This document shows positions 1 through 11,496 of a DNA stretch of 34,030 bases, piece after piece. The notes under the pieces were generated by a model. The model saw nothing but the letters and a program-made list of their open reading frames with translations, was not told where the DNA came from and made no database searches. The stretch lies in contig JALAIB010000089.1 in the NCBI GenBank assembly GCA_023645945.1, positions 1 to 34,030 of the forward strand, given 5' to 3'. The number at the start of each line of letters is the position of its first letter. Position 1 is the stretch's first letter. The position numbers and the translations under genes are program-made. Origin of the DNA: Diploschistes diacapsis. Lineage: Eukaryota.

Positions 1-1978
1 GGCCCAAGCTGAGCGCCGTATCCGCCCCATCGTGCCCACGCCGCGGCAAACCCACAGCAACATCCACCTCCTGCGCGGGCCCGCCCACGCCGAGCAGCGT
101 CCACAGCAGCGTCGCCAGCACGCTCAGCACCATCGCGGCGATCACCGCAAACACAATCTTCTTCTCGCTCCAGGACTCGAGGATCTCGATCGCCACGCCG
201 CTGCCGCGCTGGGCATCGAGGAGGGACCAGAGGTTCGAGACACAGGTTGTTTGGATCGCGCCGCTAGCCGGCCGCTGGAGAAGGGCGCGCAGGGAGGACT
301 CGAGTTCCCGGCGTGCGACGGCTGTTGCGGGGGAGTTCCTTGCCGTGGCTCCGGCCGGGTGGAGGGAGGCGAGGGGGCCGTGGCCTTCTTCTGCAGCGGA
401 GAGGGCCGAGATGGGGGCCCCTTGGGGGTGAAAATCTGGAGGAGGGCCGATTGGAGGGTAATGCGGTGGCTCTTCTTTCTCGTCTATTCCGGCGCCGACG
501 GGGAGGGGTTTGTAGTGGACTTTGACGGATGCGATGCCGCGGGCGTTGAAGATCGTTCGGGGCCAGCCTTTGAGGCGAGAGTATTCCTGGAGGATTGAGA
601 GGGCGAGGGAGGAGTCGTCAAAGAGCTCGGATTTGAGAGTTTTACTCACTTCGGTTGTCGTGGTTTGGGATTTCTGAACTTCAACCTTGCCGAGCTTAGT
701 ATCTAGGTCTCTTGCATCGCGCACAATGACTGGCAGCGTCGCGTGTTTAGAGATCGCATGTGTGTGCACGGCATTGGTCCTGAGATTTTCTCGTGGAGAT
801 TCTCGCTGTTTGTCGGCCATGGATCCCGAGTGTGGATAAGGCGTACTGACGGTGCTTTGGCGCTCGAAGCGACGTCCAGGGTTGGGATCGATCGGAGCTG
901 GAAGGAAGCTTGCGTTACGACGGCGCGCATTATGAGGAAGGGTCGCAGACCGGTACAGAGGTTCTCTACCAGGGGGAGGATTGGCGCCGAGAGGATACTG
1001 AAGAATGTTTTCATTGTTTGACGCTTCGTTCACCTGGACAACTGCAGGCACCGGCAAGAAGTGCTGCGATGAAGGTATGCGCGAAGCCGCTGATCTTGGG
1101 GGGGAGCTGAAGGTAGGCGAAGCAAGGGCGCCGGCTGAAACACTCCCTTGCTCGGTTGCTAGGGCTCGGAGATCTTCGCCCAAGATGCGGTTTGCTTTTA
1201 CGCGAGTGGTCCTTAGGTTGCTGAAATTCGGGTTCTTATTTGTTGGCGCTCCCTCTCGGTCCAGCTTCATAGTAGACGGTCTGTTGAGCCTTGCTTGTTG
1301 TGCTGCTGCCATAACCAGATCTTCATGTGCTTCTTCTTCGATACCTGACTCTCCTCTAGAAGATACCGTTGAAGAGCGGGGTGAGGTCGTCACTGACAGG
1401 AAAGAGCTTGGCTCGTTGAGAAGAGAATAGCGAGAGTCCGGATAGACCTTTCCTAAAGCCACGTCACTTGAAGTCGGCGCAGTAAATATGGGTGTATTGA
1501 GCGAAGATCGAGTGGATTTCAGAATTTGCGTGTAAGCCTTTGGCGATTGAATCGGCACGAATTCAATGTTCGGCAAGTCCAAGCCCGAAGTCTCTGGATA
1601 TACTTCTTTCCCCCCCGAGTAACCGGCTATACTACTCAATGTGCGAGTTAAAGAAGCCCGGAAGACTGTATCTGAGCCCCTTCGATCATACTCCGGTTCT
1701 TCTTCGACTACTTCAAATTCTGTGCTCTCAATGTCATTGTGGATGCTGGGTATAGGGCTCCTAGGGGAAATAACGCTTGGAGAGCGAGTTGGAGTTTGTG
1801 CAATTGATACGCGGTTGCTCTTTACCTCGGTCTTAGGAGGTAGATTCGACTTAGTATAGGGTCCCGCGCGAGAAACAGACATGGTTCTTCCCAGAGCTTT
1901 GCGGGCGTCAAGGAGATGTTCGTTTTTTAAAGCCCAAAGAATTGTACTCTTGCCCATTGTTAGCGTCGCCAGTGACAT
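1..1978 (-). CDS. Hypothetical membrane protein, 3'-truncated by the window edge (long S/P/R-rich N-terminus, C-terminal hydrophobic helix)
   Basis: By manual translation, one open frame runs from ATG 1978 (or in-frame ATG 1957, MGKSTILWAL) off the left edge. The ORF track omits it because no stop lies in the window. It contains FDDSSLALSILQEYSRLKGWPRTIFNARGI, and IEILESWSEKKIVFAVIAAMVLSVLATLLWTLLGVGG as a likely TM segment. Confidence 0.75.
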   Translation of the reverse strand, partial: MSLATLTMGKSTILWALKNEHLLDARKALGRTMSVSRAGPYTKSNLPPKTEVKSNRVSIAQTPTRSPSVISPRSPIPSIHNDIESTEFEVVEEEPEYDRRGSDTVFRASLTRTLSSIAGYSGGKEVYPETSGLDLPNIEFVPIQSPKAYTQILKSTRSSLNTPIFTAPTSSDVALGKVYPDSRYSLLNEPSSFLSVTTSPRSSTVSSRGESGIEEEAHEDLVMAAAQQARLNRPSTMKLDREGAPTNKNPNFSNLRTTRVKANRILGEDLRALATEQGSVSAGALASPTFSSPPRSAASRIPSSQHFLPVPAVVQVNEASNNENILQYPLGANPPPGREPLYRSATLPHNARRRNASFLPAPIDPNPGRRFERQSTVSTPYPHSGSMADKQRESPRENLRTNAVHTHAISKHATLPVIVRDARDLDTKLGKVEVQKSQTTTTEVSKTLKSELFDDSSLALSILQEYSRLKGWPRTIFNARGIASVKVHYKPLPVGAGIDEKEEPPHYPPIGPPPDFHPQGAPISALSAAEEGHGPLASLHPAGATARNSPATAVARRELESSLRALLQRPASGAIQTTCVSNLWSLLDAQRGSGVAIEILESWSEKKIVFAVIAAMVLSVLATLLWTLLGVGGPAQEVDVAVGLPRRGHDGADTALSLG

Positions 1979-2187
1979 CTTTCCGAAGTTGCAGCAACCG
2001 GCGCCTTTGTTTGCTGTTTGCGGAGATGCTTGAGCCTCTCTGCAAGCGGAAATGTAAGTATAAAGTCGCTCGACATGATCGATGGTTGTTTTAGGCTTCT
2101 GACTCGAACTAGATGGAGTTGAAGATTTCTGTTATGTTTGATCTAGCACACGTTTGCGGAACTGAGAATCAAGTTGCTGCCGTGGAG

Positions 2188-4191
2188 TTATTGTGGATAC
2201 ATACATTCCTCATAGAACTTGCCATGGCAAAGAATGCACTTATTGAATCTCCGAAAGAATTTGGTCAGAAAATCACGAAACTGCGCTTCCCTCTCTTTCG
2301 ATTTGCTAACAATTTTGTCTTCGTTAAGGTACGCCGTACCACATGTTTCGCAGTATTTGGATATCCCGGGTTCTTGAATAGCCAAAAGCGTCAAGGAACA
2401 CCGAACTGTAGGAATTAGCCAGACATCCGTGCTTGGGGCAAAAGATGATCATCTACCAGATTGATGGCCTTCAGCGCATTCTGCAAGGCGCATTCCGTCC
2501 CATAGTATTCTTTGATCGCAAATCTCGCAATACTCGAAGCCAAGGTTCCTTCCAGAAGCGGCAAATAAGACGTCCATTTCCTCGATAGACCCCAAGCAAC
2601 TTTCATCTCCCAAATTTCCATGCAATGTGGCCATTGTATTCTGTATTACATCCAGAGCATCTGTACCCTTTCCAAAGGCCCACGTTGCTAGGTTTCCTGC
2701 TCTCTTGTCAATCTCCCAACCATAACACAATGCAGACAAGAAATATGAGTGAATCATCTTCCGGCAGATTCGTTCGCTAGACATGTCTGGGACCGCCTCC
2801 TCAGGAGCGGCATCGACACTGCTCACTGCTTGCCTCTCACTTAGTCCTGTGATATGTTCGAGAGGAAACTGTTCATTAATGAAAAGCCACGGCTCGATAC
2901 AGGCTTCAGCATGCGTTATCAAAGTATGAGACAGGTCCCAGTCAAAGGAGACAGGTTCAGCGGTGTCCATTGACGTCTCAAGTATCTCGTGTGAAAATAC
3001 AATGTATGACATCTCATTCGAGAAAATAGCATACTGTATCATGAGCCTTGGATGTAGCGATATATGAACTGCAACAAACTGCTTATAAGAACAGTATCCC
3101 CAATAATGGACGGACACTTGAGACCCTAGGCCATGCTTTTCACCAAAAGCCCTTTTAAGAGACTCAATTTGCTCCGAAAGATAGAGATTCGTCGACGCCA
3201 TGAGCTGAGCCGGATGTAAGGGCCATGACCTTGATATACCATTAGCATGCTCCAACCTCGTGGATCCTATCTGCACATGGCAGCTTTCTGATGCTGTTCC
3301 AGGAGCTGGTTCCCATTGTAGCTCTGCAGTTATCTTCCCCAGCTTAGATGCACAGGTTATACTCGAGACTATTCCCTTGTTCGTCCGAAGCCACGGATGC
3401 CATTCTATACGGTCCGAGATTGCTGTCTGATCGAGTGCTTTGGAAGATTCGGGAGCAAATGAAACCCGAGAGAGTGCTTCTACGGAAGGGTCGATTTGAG
3501 TCTCGGTCTGGCGGCTAAGCTTTAGGAGAATAACCTCGGCGTTGTCGTTCAAGATAGCCAGAAGACCGACTGGGTCGTTCTGATCCTCACCTCCGTATCT
3601 GCTCCGATCTGGATAGGCTGGAGCCCATGTTGCTGCCCGCACGCGCCCTCTCCTTCGAAGACTGTCTGCGTTATCATCCAGGTTCGGATTTTCGCACTCG
3701 AGATAGCTTTGTATGGAGCGATTGACAACACACACCCTTCTCCATGACCCGACATTAGCAACATCGGTTGTCGCGAGCCAGATCGACAGCAGTAAATTGG
3801 ACGTCAGAACGGCCAAGGCACAGCGGTCATGCTTCATGATGCCTGGTGGAGACCATGCAAGAGCAGAGACATGGCTCTCAGACTGTTCTTCTCCGACAGA
3901 GAAGTCCTGAAACCTTGCTGGACTAACTGAAGGCCACTCGCGGTAATTAAATTGACTCGCGCAGAACTTTACGTCCAACCAAGAGGCTGGAGTTTCGCCG
4001 TCAGTAACCTGAACTTTGCGACGACGATTTGGCACCTAATCCAATCATTCACGGTTCAAATATCGCAAATAGGGTCAAAGTACGTATATGTATACTTGAC
4101 TACCACCCGCCGCAGCAAGCTCGCCGTCGGAAGACCAAGCCAAAGAGTCAGTCGAAGATGGAAAGAACGGCGTTTCGAGTTCCTTGAGCAT
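2188..4191 (-). CDS. RNA polymerase III transcription factor TFIIIC 90 kDa/delta-type subunit (N-terminal WD-like domain plus C-terminal Cys zinc-binding domain)
   Basis: Three exons: ~4191-4084 (MLKELETPFFPSSTDSLAWSSDGELA), ~4035-2452 (ALAWSPPGI...RCALAVLTSNLLLSIW; CEICD...AECAEGH) and ~2407-2188 (TLLAIQEPGISKYCETC...CILCHGKF). These motifs match the TFIIIC_delta and zf-TFIIIC domains. Confidence 0.85.
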
Positions 4192-4505
4192 CTTAGAGAA
4201 TGACTTGCGATCTAACCACTTTTGATCCTATACTGATATATGCGTGTGACAAATAGTGTGGATGCCGGATCCTCATAAAGGGTTACTTTATATTGGGCTG
4301 AAGCACGTTTATGAGATCTAAACCATCTTTCATCTAGAACTCATACTAATAGCATCTTGTAACGTTCGTAGCATATTGACTGTGGCCCGTGCGTCGCAGA
4401 CAATCATTACACCCTTTAACGTTACCATCGAAGCGTAGAATATAGTTAAGCTACAAAGTTAATACATAACATTAATACGAGCGCCTGGCTCCGTTCACCG
4501 AATCA

Positions 4506-7500
4506 TCAAGTCTTTGTAACCCCACCGCACCAACATCTCCCTTCGCCATCCCGCTCAACCTGCACTAGGACGCTCATCCCCTTCCCTGCCAAATACGCTG
4601 ATGCCCTCTCCCTAACGTCTTCCGAATCTGCGCCTTTACTCGCAATGACATGCATGACTCCCTCCACCTGTGCCTTTTCGCCACTGCTCACCCAGATTCT
4701 AGGCGCGCAAACATTGACGACGCCTCTTAATCCACTGACTCCGGCTAGAGCCTCACGAAGGTCGAATTCGGTCCCTTCCGGAACAACAAGAAGCAGGTTT
4801 TTGGCGCATGAGCGCACCAAAGGTATCGCAGATGCAAAAATAAGGATCGCTATCATGCAAGAAGCAATCGGATCCCAGCCAACCCATCCTGTGAAATGGA
4901 CCAGGATAGTTGATATCACAACAGCTACCGAGCCAAGCGTATCAGCAAGGACATGTAGGAATATCCCCTCCATGTTCTCATGCCCATGACTATGACCATG
5001 ATGGTGACCATGGGCATGGTGATCATGATCGTGGTCGTGGCCGTGCCCATGAGAGTGGCTCTGTGTATGAGAATCGGTTACCATGATTGCAGGAGCTGTG
5101 GGCGTTCCGATTGGAAACGGTGAGGGGGTAGGTGATGGCAGCGGCAGCGCCGAGTTGTGTGAGTCCTTATGAGAATGGCCGTGCTCATGTGAATGATCGT
5201 GATGATGAGTATGATGGCTATTGTGAGACGCTTCGTGGCTGTGAGAATGCTCGTGCCCACCATGATCGTGACTATGACCGTGACCGTGACCATGGCCGTG
5301 GTGTGCATGTCCAAATGCAAACATACCAACAAGATTGACAGCGAGACCGAGAGCACTTACCACTAGGAGCTCACCGAGCCTCTGCATGTGAGAGCCTTCA
5401 ATGAGACGTTCTAGTGCCTCATAAACAATTTCCACGCTGATAAGCCTGGTAAATGTAAGACTTTGATTTGATTGGCGATTGGGTTACTTACATAAGAAAA
5501 ATACCGTTGGCGAAGCCAGCAAGTGTGTCCATTTTCTCGAAGCCATAAGGAAAACGAAGACTGGGCGGTCGTTTGCTCAGCACAGCAGCACCCAAGCCTA
5601 CAAGAAGCGCGGCGCAATCGAAGAACATATGTACACTATCACTGAGCAAGCCTAGCGAGCCAGTTGCCCACCCGTAGAACGTTTGTACAAGCATGAATGC
5701 AAAATTTAGACTGACCGATTCTTAGCCAAAGGACTTAATTCGCAAGTTGCACCAACCTCATAAAGTAAAGAATCCGGCGAGAGTCCTTCTCCAGAAGAAT
5801 ACTGTGTAAAAGCGGCCAGTCTTGGGTCAACCGAAGCAGAGTGGTAGTGAGCCTGGATGTTGTCTCTTCATGTGAGTGAGACTGTGACGAATGAACCTGA
5901 TGATCAGGGCCAGAAGATGAGTTCTTTGTGTCAAAGTTGACGCCAAGCCAGGCAAACACCGTAAGCATGCATTGGAATAGAAGTGGTAGAAGAGGATGCG
6001 AGTCTATAAGCTCCTGGATGGCAATCGACACGCTAAGGCCAGTGGCAAGTGTAAGTCCTTTCCGAGAGGTTAGGGTCCGTGGATTGGCAAAGAGCAATGA
6101 CACTGCACTGGCAATCGCTACAATGCTACCACCGAGTAAGAGTCCTAGCGTCAGCGTCTGGGTCTGCTGAGAGGAAAACACAAAAACGATGAAGCTGATC
6201 ACCGTTGCTATAACTCCGGATGCGACTGTGAGATCAGTATCTCTTGACGTGGCAATCATTGGAGACCTTGCGGTTGCGAGACCCTTGAGATATGGAGTGG
6301 AAGGGTCTTGTGGTGAGGCCATTATAACGGCTGGTTTAGAACTTCGATCCGCCCTAGGAGAATTGATCATCGCAGTTTTCGAAGCCGTAGTAGGGTAAGG
6401 CCAAGGGAGCAGAAGCACAGAGACCCCGAGGGCCAAGTATCCTGATGAAATCTGCAACGGCAGCGAATTGTTTGTTAGATTCAACAGGTCAGCCAGACAT
6501 TGCAATGCCAGAGTTATGACCGTCCATTTCCGGGACACAACCAGTTGACTCCAACTTCCCGGGCGTGAAATCTCTTCGACTTTTGGATTTATAGACATTA
6601 ATTCCGCTGTTATGGCCACCAGGATTCCAATAGCAATCCTTTCTCCTCCTAGTTTACTTGCAGCATAGAATGGAAGACCGATTGAGAGGATACGTCCTAT
6701 GATGCGCCTAGCAGTGCTAACAGATAAAACGGCTTCTGATGAAGGCTTCGCCTCACTCTGCACACTGAACGTCGAGTTTGTGTGGCCAAAAATTTCCCCA
6801 ATGAAACCCACAAGGACGAGCGTAGCGGCAGTCAATGAACAAACACCAAGAAAACTAAGGAACCGAGAGGGGGAGCGTGGTGTGATCACTCCTGTCAGCT
6901 TAGTATTAACGAGTAACTCCACATCATTCCCCCTTTCTGCGCCGAGAGGAGTCAGTTGAGACGTAAGAACAAGAGAGCTCAAGACAAAAGGCAATGGTAT
7001 CAAGATTGAAGTTACAACTCCCGGTGCCCTAGAATTGTATTAGCCGAAGCTGGCAGACCACCTTAACGATGAGATTGCCCTACAGGAGCGTTTGACGATA
7101 TGACACAGCTCCTGGACGAAGACCCAAACCGACCTGGGTATCAGATAAAGTATAGCCATTAGATTTCGAAAATGCCAAACGGCTTTGCGAATCCACTTTC
7201 GAATCCATTTGCGGACCCATGTAGCCGCCCTCTGCCGAATGGTTTGACGTGGACGTTGAGGATCGGTTGGCTGCTGGATATCCGTTGTGCTCCACCATGC
7301 TCTTATTTTGCCTGTGAGATCCGCGAAGGCCATTGATGCTCGTCTTTTGCTGTGAATCGAATGGCGAGTCCAGCGTATATGGAGTCACTCGACTGTCCTG
7401 AACCACAGGAATTCGCTCTGGTGCCGCCTTCCTGTGATGTGAGCGACTTTGCCCATAGCCATTGGGGCCATTAGACTGGCTTGAGTTGCCACCTAAGGCA

Positions 7501-7520
7501 GGCGTTATTGAGAAAGACAT
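4506..7520 (-). CDS. MSC2: Cation diffusion facilitator zinc transporter, Msc2/Cis4 (ZnT5/7)-type, with a long N-terminal membrane region and a His-rich loop
   Basis: Spliced from ORFs 7080-7520, 5735-7003, 5488-5694 and 4506-5435. CDF motifs are SLGLLSDSVHMFFDC, FPYGFEKMDTLAGFANGIFLM and HENMEGIFLHVLADTLGSVAV. EKDSRRILYFM precedes the CDF domain and the protein ends in CWCG. Confidence 0.9.
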
Positions 7521-8029
7521 GCTGTAGCTGTTGTGCCTGGAGATAGGAGTAGTTGTTGCTCAATGTTCCTCACATGGTGTTACTGGGGAAAGGGCGATTC
7601 GTCCTCAAGACGTCATTTGCTGCAATGGGGAATGGACGTTGGTCATACAGTGCAATATAAGTAGACTCAGATTCAAAAGATGGAAGGAAGTGTAGATGCT
7701 CAACGCTGACTGGAAAGAGAGAGGTAACAGAAGCTGTAGCTCAGTGTCAAAACTGGCAACACGACGTTGTTCTTATTCGCGAACCAGGACCTACCATTAG
7801 AGGCAGAGTAAATAAATTACGACTTGTAATATTCGTTTTATTGGATCCAACGTCTCCTTGGCCCTTTGCCACACTGTTCTAACGAGTTTTCGCAAAGCAA
7901 GCACTGCTCCAAATTTGGAGTTGTCTAAGACGCGAGAGTTTCTGAATACTTTGACGATATCCTTTAATAGTGTTGGAATATACTGGCAGGTTCTTCTTTT
8001 TCGGTACTCTGGTGTTCTTCATTGCGATA

Positions 8030-9537
8030 ATGCCGTCCTGGCTGTTGCTCCTCCTGGGCCTTTCAAGTTTCTTTAGCTTCATGTTCATACTATTCCTGCT
8101 GCCAGATGATGCATATGGCGAAGAGGACACTCGAGTGTACTCGGAAGAGAAGATTCGTGCCCGAAACAGGACTCATGTGCTTGTGCTGGGTGACATTGGT
8201 CGAAGCCCACGGATGCAGAATCATGCCTTAAGTCTTGCGAGGAGAAACATCGCCGTAGACCTTATCGGCTACACCGGTATGATGTGAATACGGGGACTAT
8301 ACTTTTTGCTCACACCCACTAGACTCTGAATTGCATCCTGAAATTGCCCAGAGAAAATTCAAGTATCTCACGGTGCATCCAATCAGGAATCCTCCAAAGA
8401 TCCTGCAGACAGATAACCGAATTTTGTTTCTTGTGTTAGGCCCTCTAAAGGTGATATTCCAGTTCTGGGCCCTGTGGATGATCCTCGGTCATGATCTTAA
8501 GCCGGCGAGGTCGCTTCTAGTCCAGGTCAATTCCCAGCCACAAGAAATGGTTCATTCAATGGTATTCAATGGGTCTAATCTTGAAACAGAATCCCCCATC
8601 TATCCCAACCTTGATGATCGCTTCGATTATGTGCTGGCTCCGTAAAACTCAGCTGATCATAGACTGGCATAACACCGGTTATTCCATATTAGCACTTAAG
8701 CTAGGCCCCAAACATCCTATGGTCCGCATTTCAAGGATCTACGAGCGATGGTTTTCGCATTCTGCAGCCGTGAACTTCACGGTGAGTGATGCGATGAAGA
8801 GACAACTCAAGAGAGACTTTAGCATCAAGGCTCCTCTGTTACGGCTATATGACCGACCAACTGCAGATTTTGGAATTGTTAGCCCTGAAGAGCGGTTGAA
8901 ATTTCTTAAGGACATTGACCTGTCCCAAGCACAGCAAGCCTCCTTGGAAAATGGCAGGTTAAAGGTCCTTATAAGTTCCACTTCGTGGACACCCGACGAA
9001 GACTTTTCATTGCTCCTTGATGCCCTCGTCTCATACTCTAAGCTTGCAGTCACCACCCATCCGCAGTTACCGGAGCTTTTGGTTGTGATAACTGGAAAAG
9101 GCCCCCAGCAAGCACAGTATATTCGGAAAATAGAGAGTTTAGAAAAAGATGACGAATTGGAGATGGTCAAGATCACGACGGCTTGGCTACCGAGACCAGC
9201 CTATGCCATGCTACTTGCTTCTGCAGATCTCGGCATTTCATTGCACAAGAGTAGCAGTGGAGTGGATCTACCAATGAAAGTTGTTGACATGTTTGGAGCC
9301 GGACTTCCTGTTGTTGGGTACGGATTGTACGAGTCGTGGCCCGAGCTTGTCAAGGAAGGCGTCAATGGCAGAAGCTTTGGGGACTCCAAGGAACTGGAAT
9401 CCATTTTGGTGCAGCTACTCGGCGATGATGGAAGCAAACTGGCCAGTCTTCGATCAGAGGTCTCTAAAGAAAGTCAGCATGACTGGAACACAGAATGGGA
9501 TTCTGTTGCAAGCAAGATATTCCAATCCAGTGAGTGA
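8030..9537 (+). CDS. ALG1: Chitobiosyldiphosphodolichol beta-1,4-mannosyltransferase
   Basis: Exons 8030-8276, 8323-8525 and 8590-9537. N-terminal TM anchor, then VLVLGDIGRSPRMQNHALS, QNPPSIPT, IIDWHN, SSTSWTPDEDF and SLHKSSSGVDLPMKVVDMFG. Confidence 0.96.
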
Positions 9538-9895
9538 GCCAAGTAATTTCAGTCACAATGTCAAAGCCTTTGAGAGATTCTCTTCGTCTCTTGCCTTCAA
9601 CAATCAGCACGGTGGCATTGCATCAGTCGAAAGACGTTTAAGCTGTCGATTTTCATCGCTTCTGAGTCTCGATATGCCAAGACGCCCTTCAACAGTAATA
9701 CACTCATTACGTAAGCAAAGTCAATGGTAAAATATAATTCACAAGCTTTGTGAGGAACTTTCAATCTATGCAAATAGGGAGCAATGCTTTGTCAATATCT
9801 CGTTTGTTAGGCAGCGCTTCGATGCTACTTATCGCTTGTGTGTTAGTGATCTTGTGGATCTGTCAGTGATTTCATCAGTGTGCTATTTAGCCGCA

Positions 9896-11496
9896 ATGAG
9901 AGCCAGGAGAGCCTGCGAAGCTTGTAGGCGCAAAAGACGTTGGGTAACTTTATCTACATCTGATTTTGCAGGATCTTTGCTGAAACAAATGCAAGTGCGA
10001 CAAAGAGTTCCCCAGCTGTGTGCAGTGTTGCAAACTTGGCCACAAATGTCCTGGCTACACAAACTTCCGTACTCCATTTGTCAATCTTGATACTGGTAAC
10101 TTTGAGGGCCACAACACAAGAGAGCTTCTGCGGAAAGCGACTACGGAAGTAAAATCTAACTCTCTCCAGCCTTCCCCTGAAATTACGAAAGTAGCGAATC
10201 GAAGAGCAATAGCAACTAATTCCACCATCCACTCCAATGACTCAAGAGTATCGCATGACAGTCCCTCGCTGAGCGTGTCCGCAACTGACCTAAACGTTGC
10301 TTCCGGTACGGTGTGCTCCGATCCAACCAACGCATTCCTTCTCAATACCACGAATTTTCGTTGTATCTACGAATCATTGTGGAACGTGTTCTGCAATGAG
10401 TACTGCATTACGTCCAATTACTGGCCGTGTGGCTTGGCGCAACTCGCCAACCGTAACGCTGTTTTCGACTTGGCTCTTGTTGCGCTAAGCGCTAAAAGAA
10501 TTTCTTTTACCGGACATCCGGAGTTTCTTCATATGAGCTATGAGGCCTATGGAAAATGTTTATACCTATTTCGTTGTCAGCTAGGACGATTGCGTGGCGA
10601 AAGTAACGCTCTGTGGGCGACGATATCTCTTATCTTCGCTCTGTTCGAAGCCTCGTCGCTGGATCTCGCTGAGTTATTCAAACCTGAGCACGAACCATTT
10701 AAACACCTCAGGGGGGCGGTGTCTCTGATGAAAGAATGCGGACCTCGGCCCTTCGCTTCGTTTGGGTACCATGAAGCTTTCCAAAAGATCCGTGAGAAAG
10801 CGGTACGTTGCGCCTTGCTCTGGTAGTCATTGGCACTAATCTGGGATATAGATTGTCATGTCATTTGTTAGAAACGAAAAGTTGATGTTCTCGGAGCAGG
10901 AATGGCTCAGTGTGCCGTGGCAGATCCAACGGAAAGGGTGGCGTGATCTGCTTTACGATATGGCAGCAGTCCTTTCAAGCATTATATTCGATAGGAAAGA
11001 ATCACATCTATCTACCGAGGTCCACATAAAGCTAGTGCTCAAAATCGATACCCGACTCAAAGTTTGGCAAGAAGCCTGGGTCTTAAGTGCCTTCCCTCAG
11101 GTGCTTGCAGACTGCCAAAACCAATGCTCTTTCCGATCTTGCATCTGCTGTCAGCAGGATGTTGCATCCCTTAGTGGGCACGACCTGTTGCTCCAGGCTG
11201 AATTTTGGGCGCTGCAGCTTCTCATCAGTTGTGAACTTTCGCAGTCATTGAGCGAGGGGGCTCATTTTGCCATTGCAGGTCGTTCAGAAGTCATGACTTT
11301 CGCAACAGAGTATGTGCGGACATCCGCAGCTGCAGATAACTTGACCCAAGCTCTGGCACACTCATGTTTTCAAAGGCGCGGTGACGTGCCAGAGATGATG
11401 ACCGAAGCCAAGTGCCGATCACTGTTGCCCTGCTTGGCTCTCAGAAAGTCTGCAAAATTCAAAACCAGAGAGGGTGTTCTAGCAATTGACAGTTAG
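9896..11496 (+). CDS. Zn(II)2Cys6 binuclear-cluster transcription factor
   Basis: Exons 9896-9943, 9996-10802 and 10852-11496. Splicing gives CEACRRKRRWCDKEFPSCVQCCKLGHKCPGY (C-x2-C-x6-C-x6-C-x2-C-x6-C). A fungal TF regulatory region follows (HLRGAVSLMKECGP; FSEQEWLSVPW). Confidence 0.88.

Noticed and set aside
32..1859. Plus-strand ORFs 32-598, 743-1021, 1005-1430 and others
   Set aside because: They are antisense to one continuous minus-strand reading frame.
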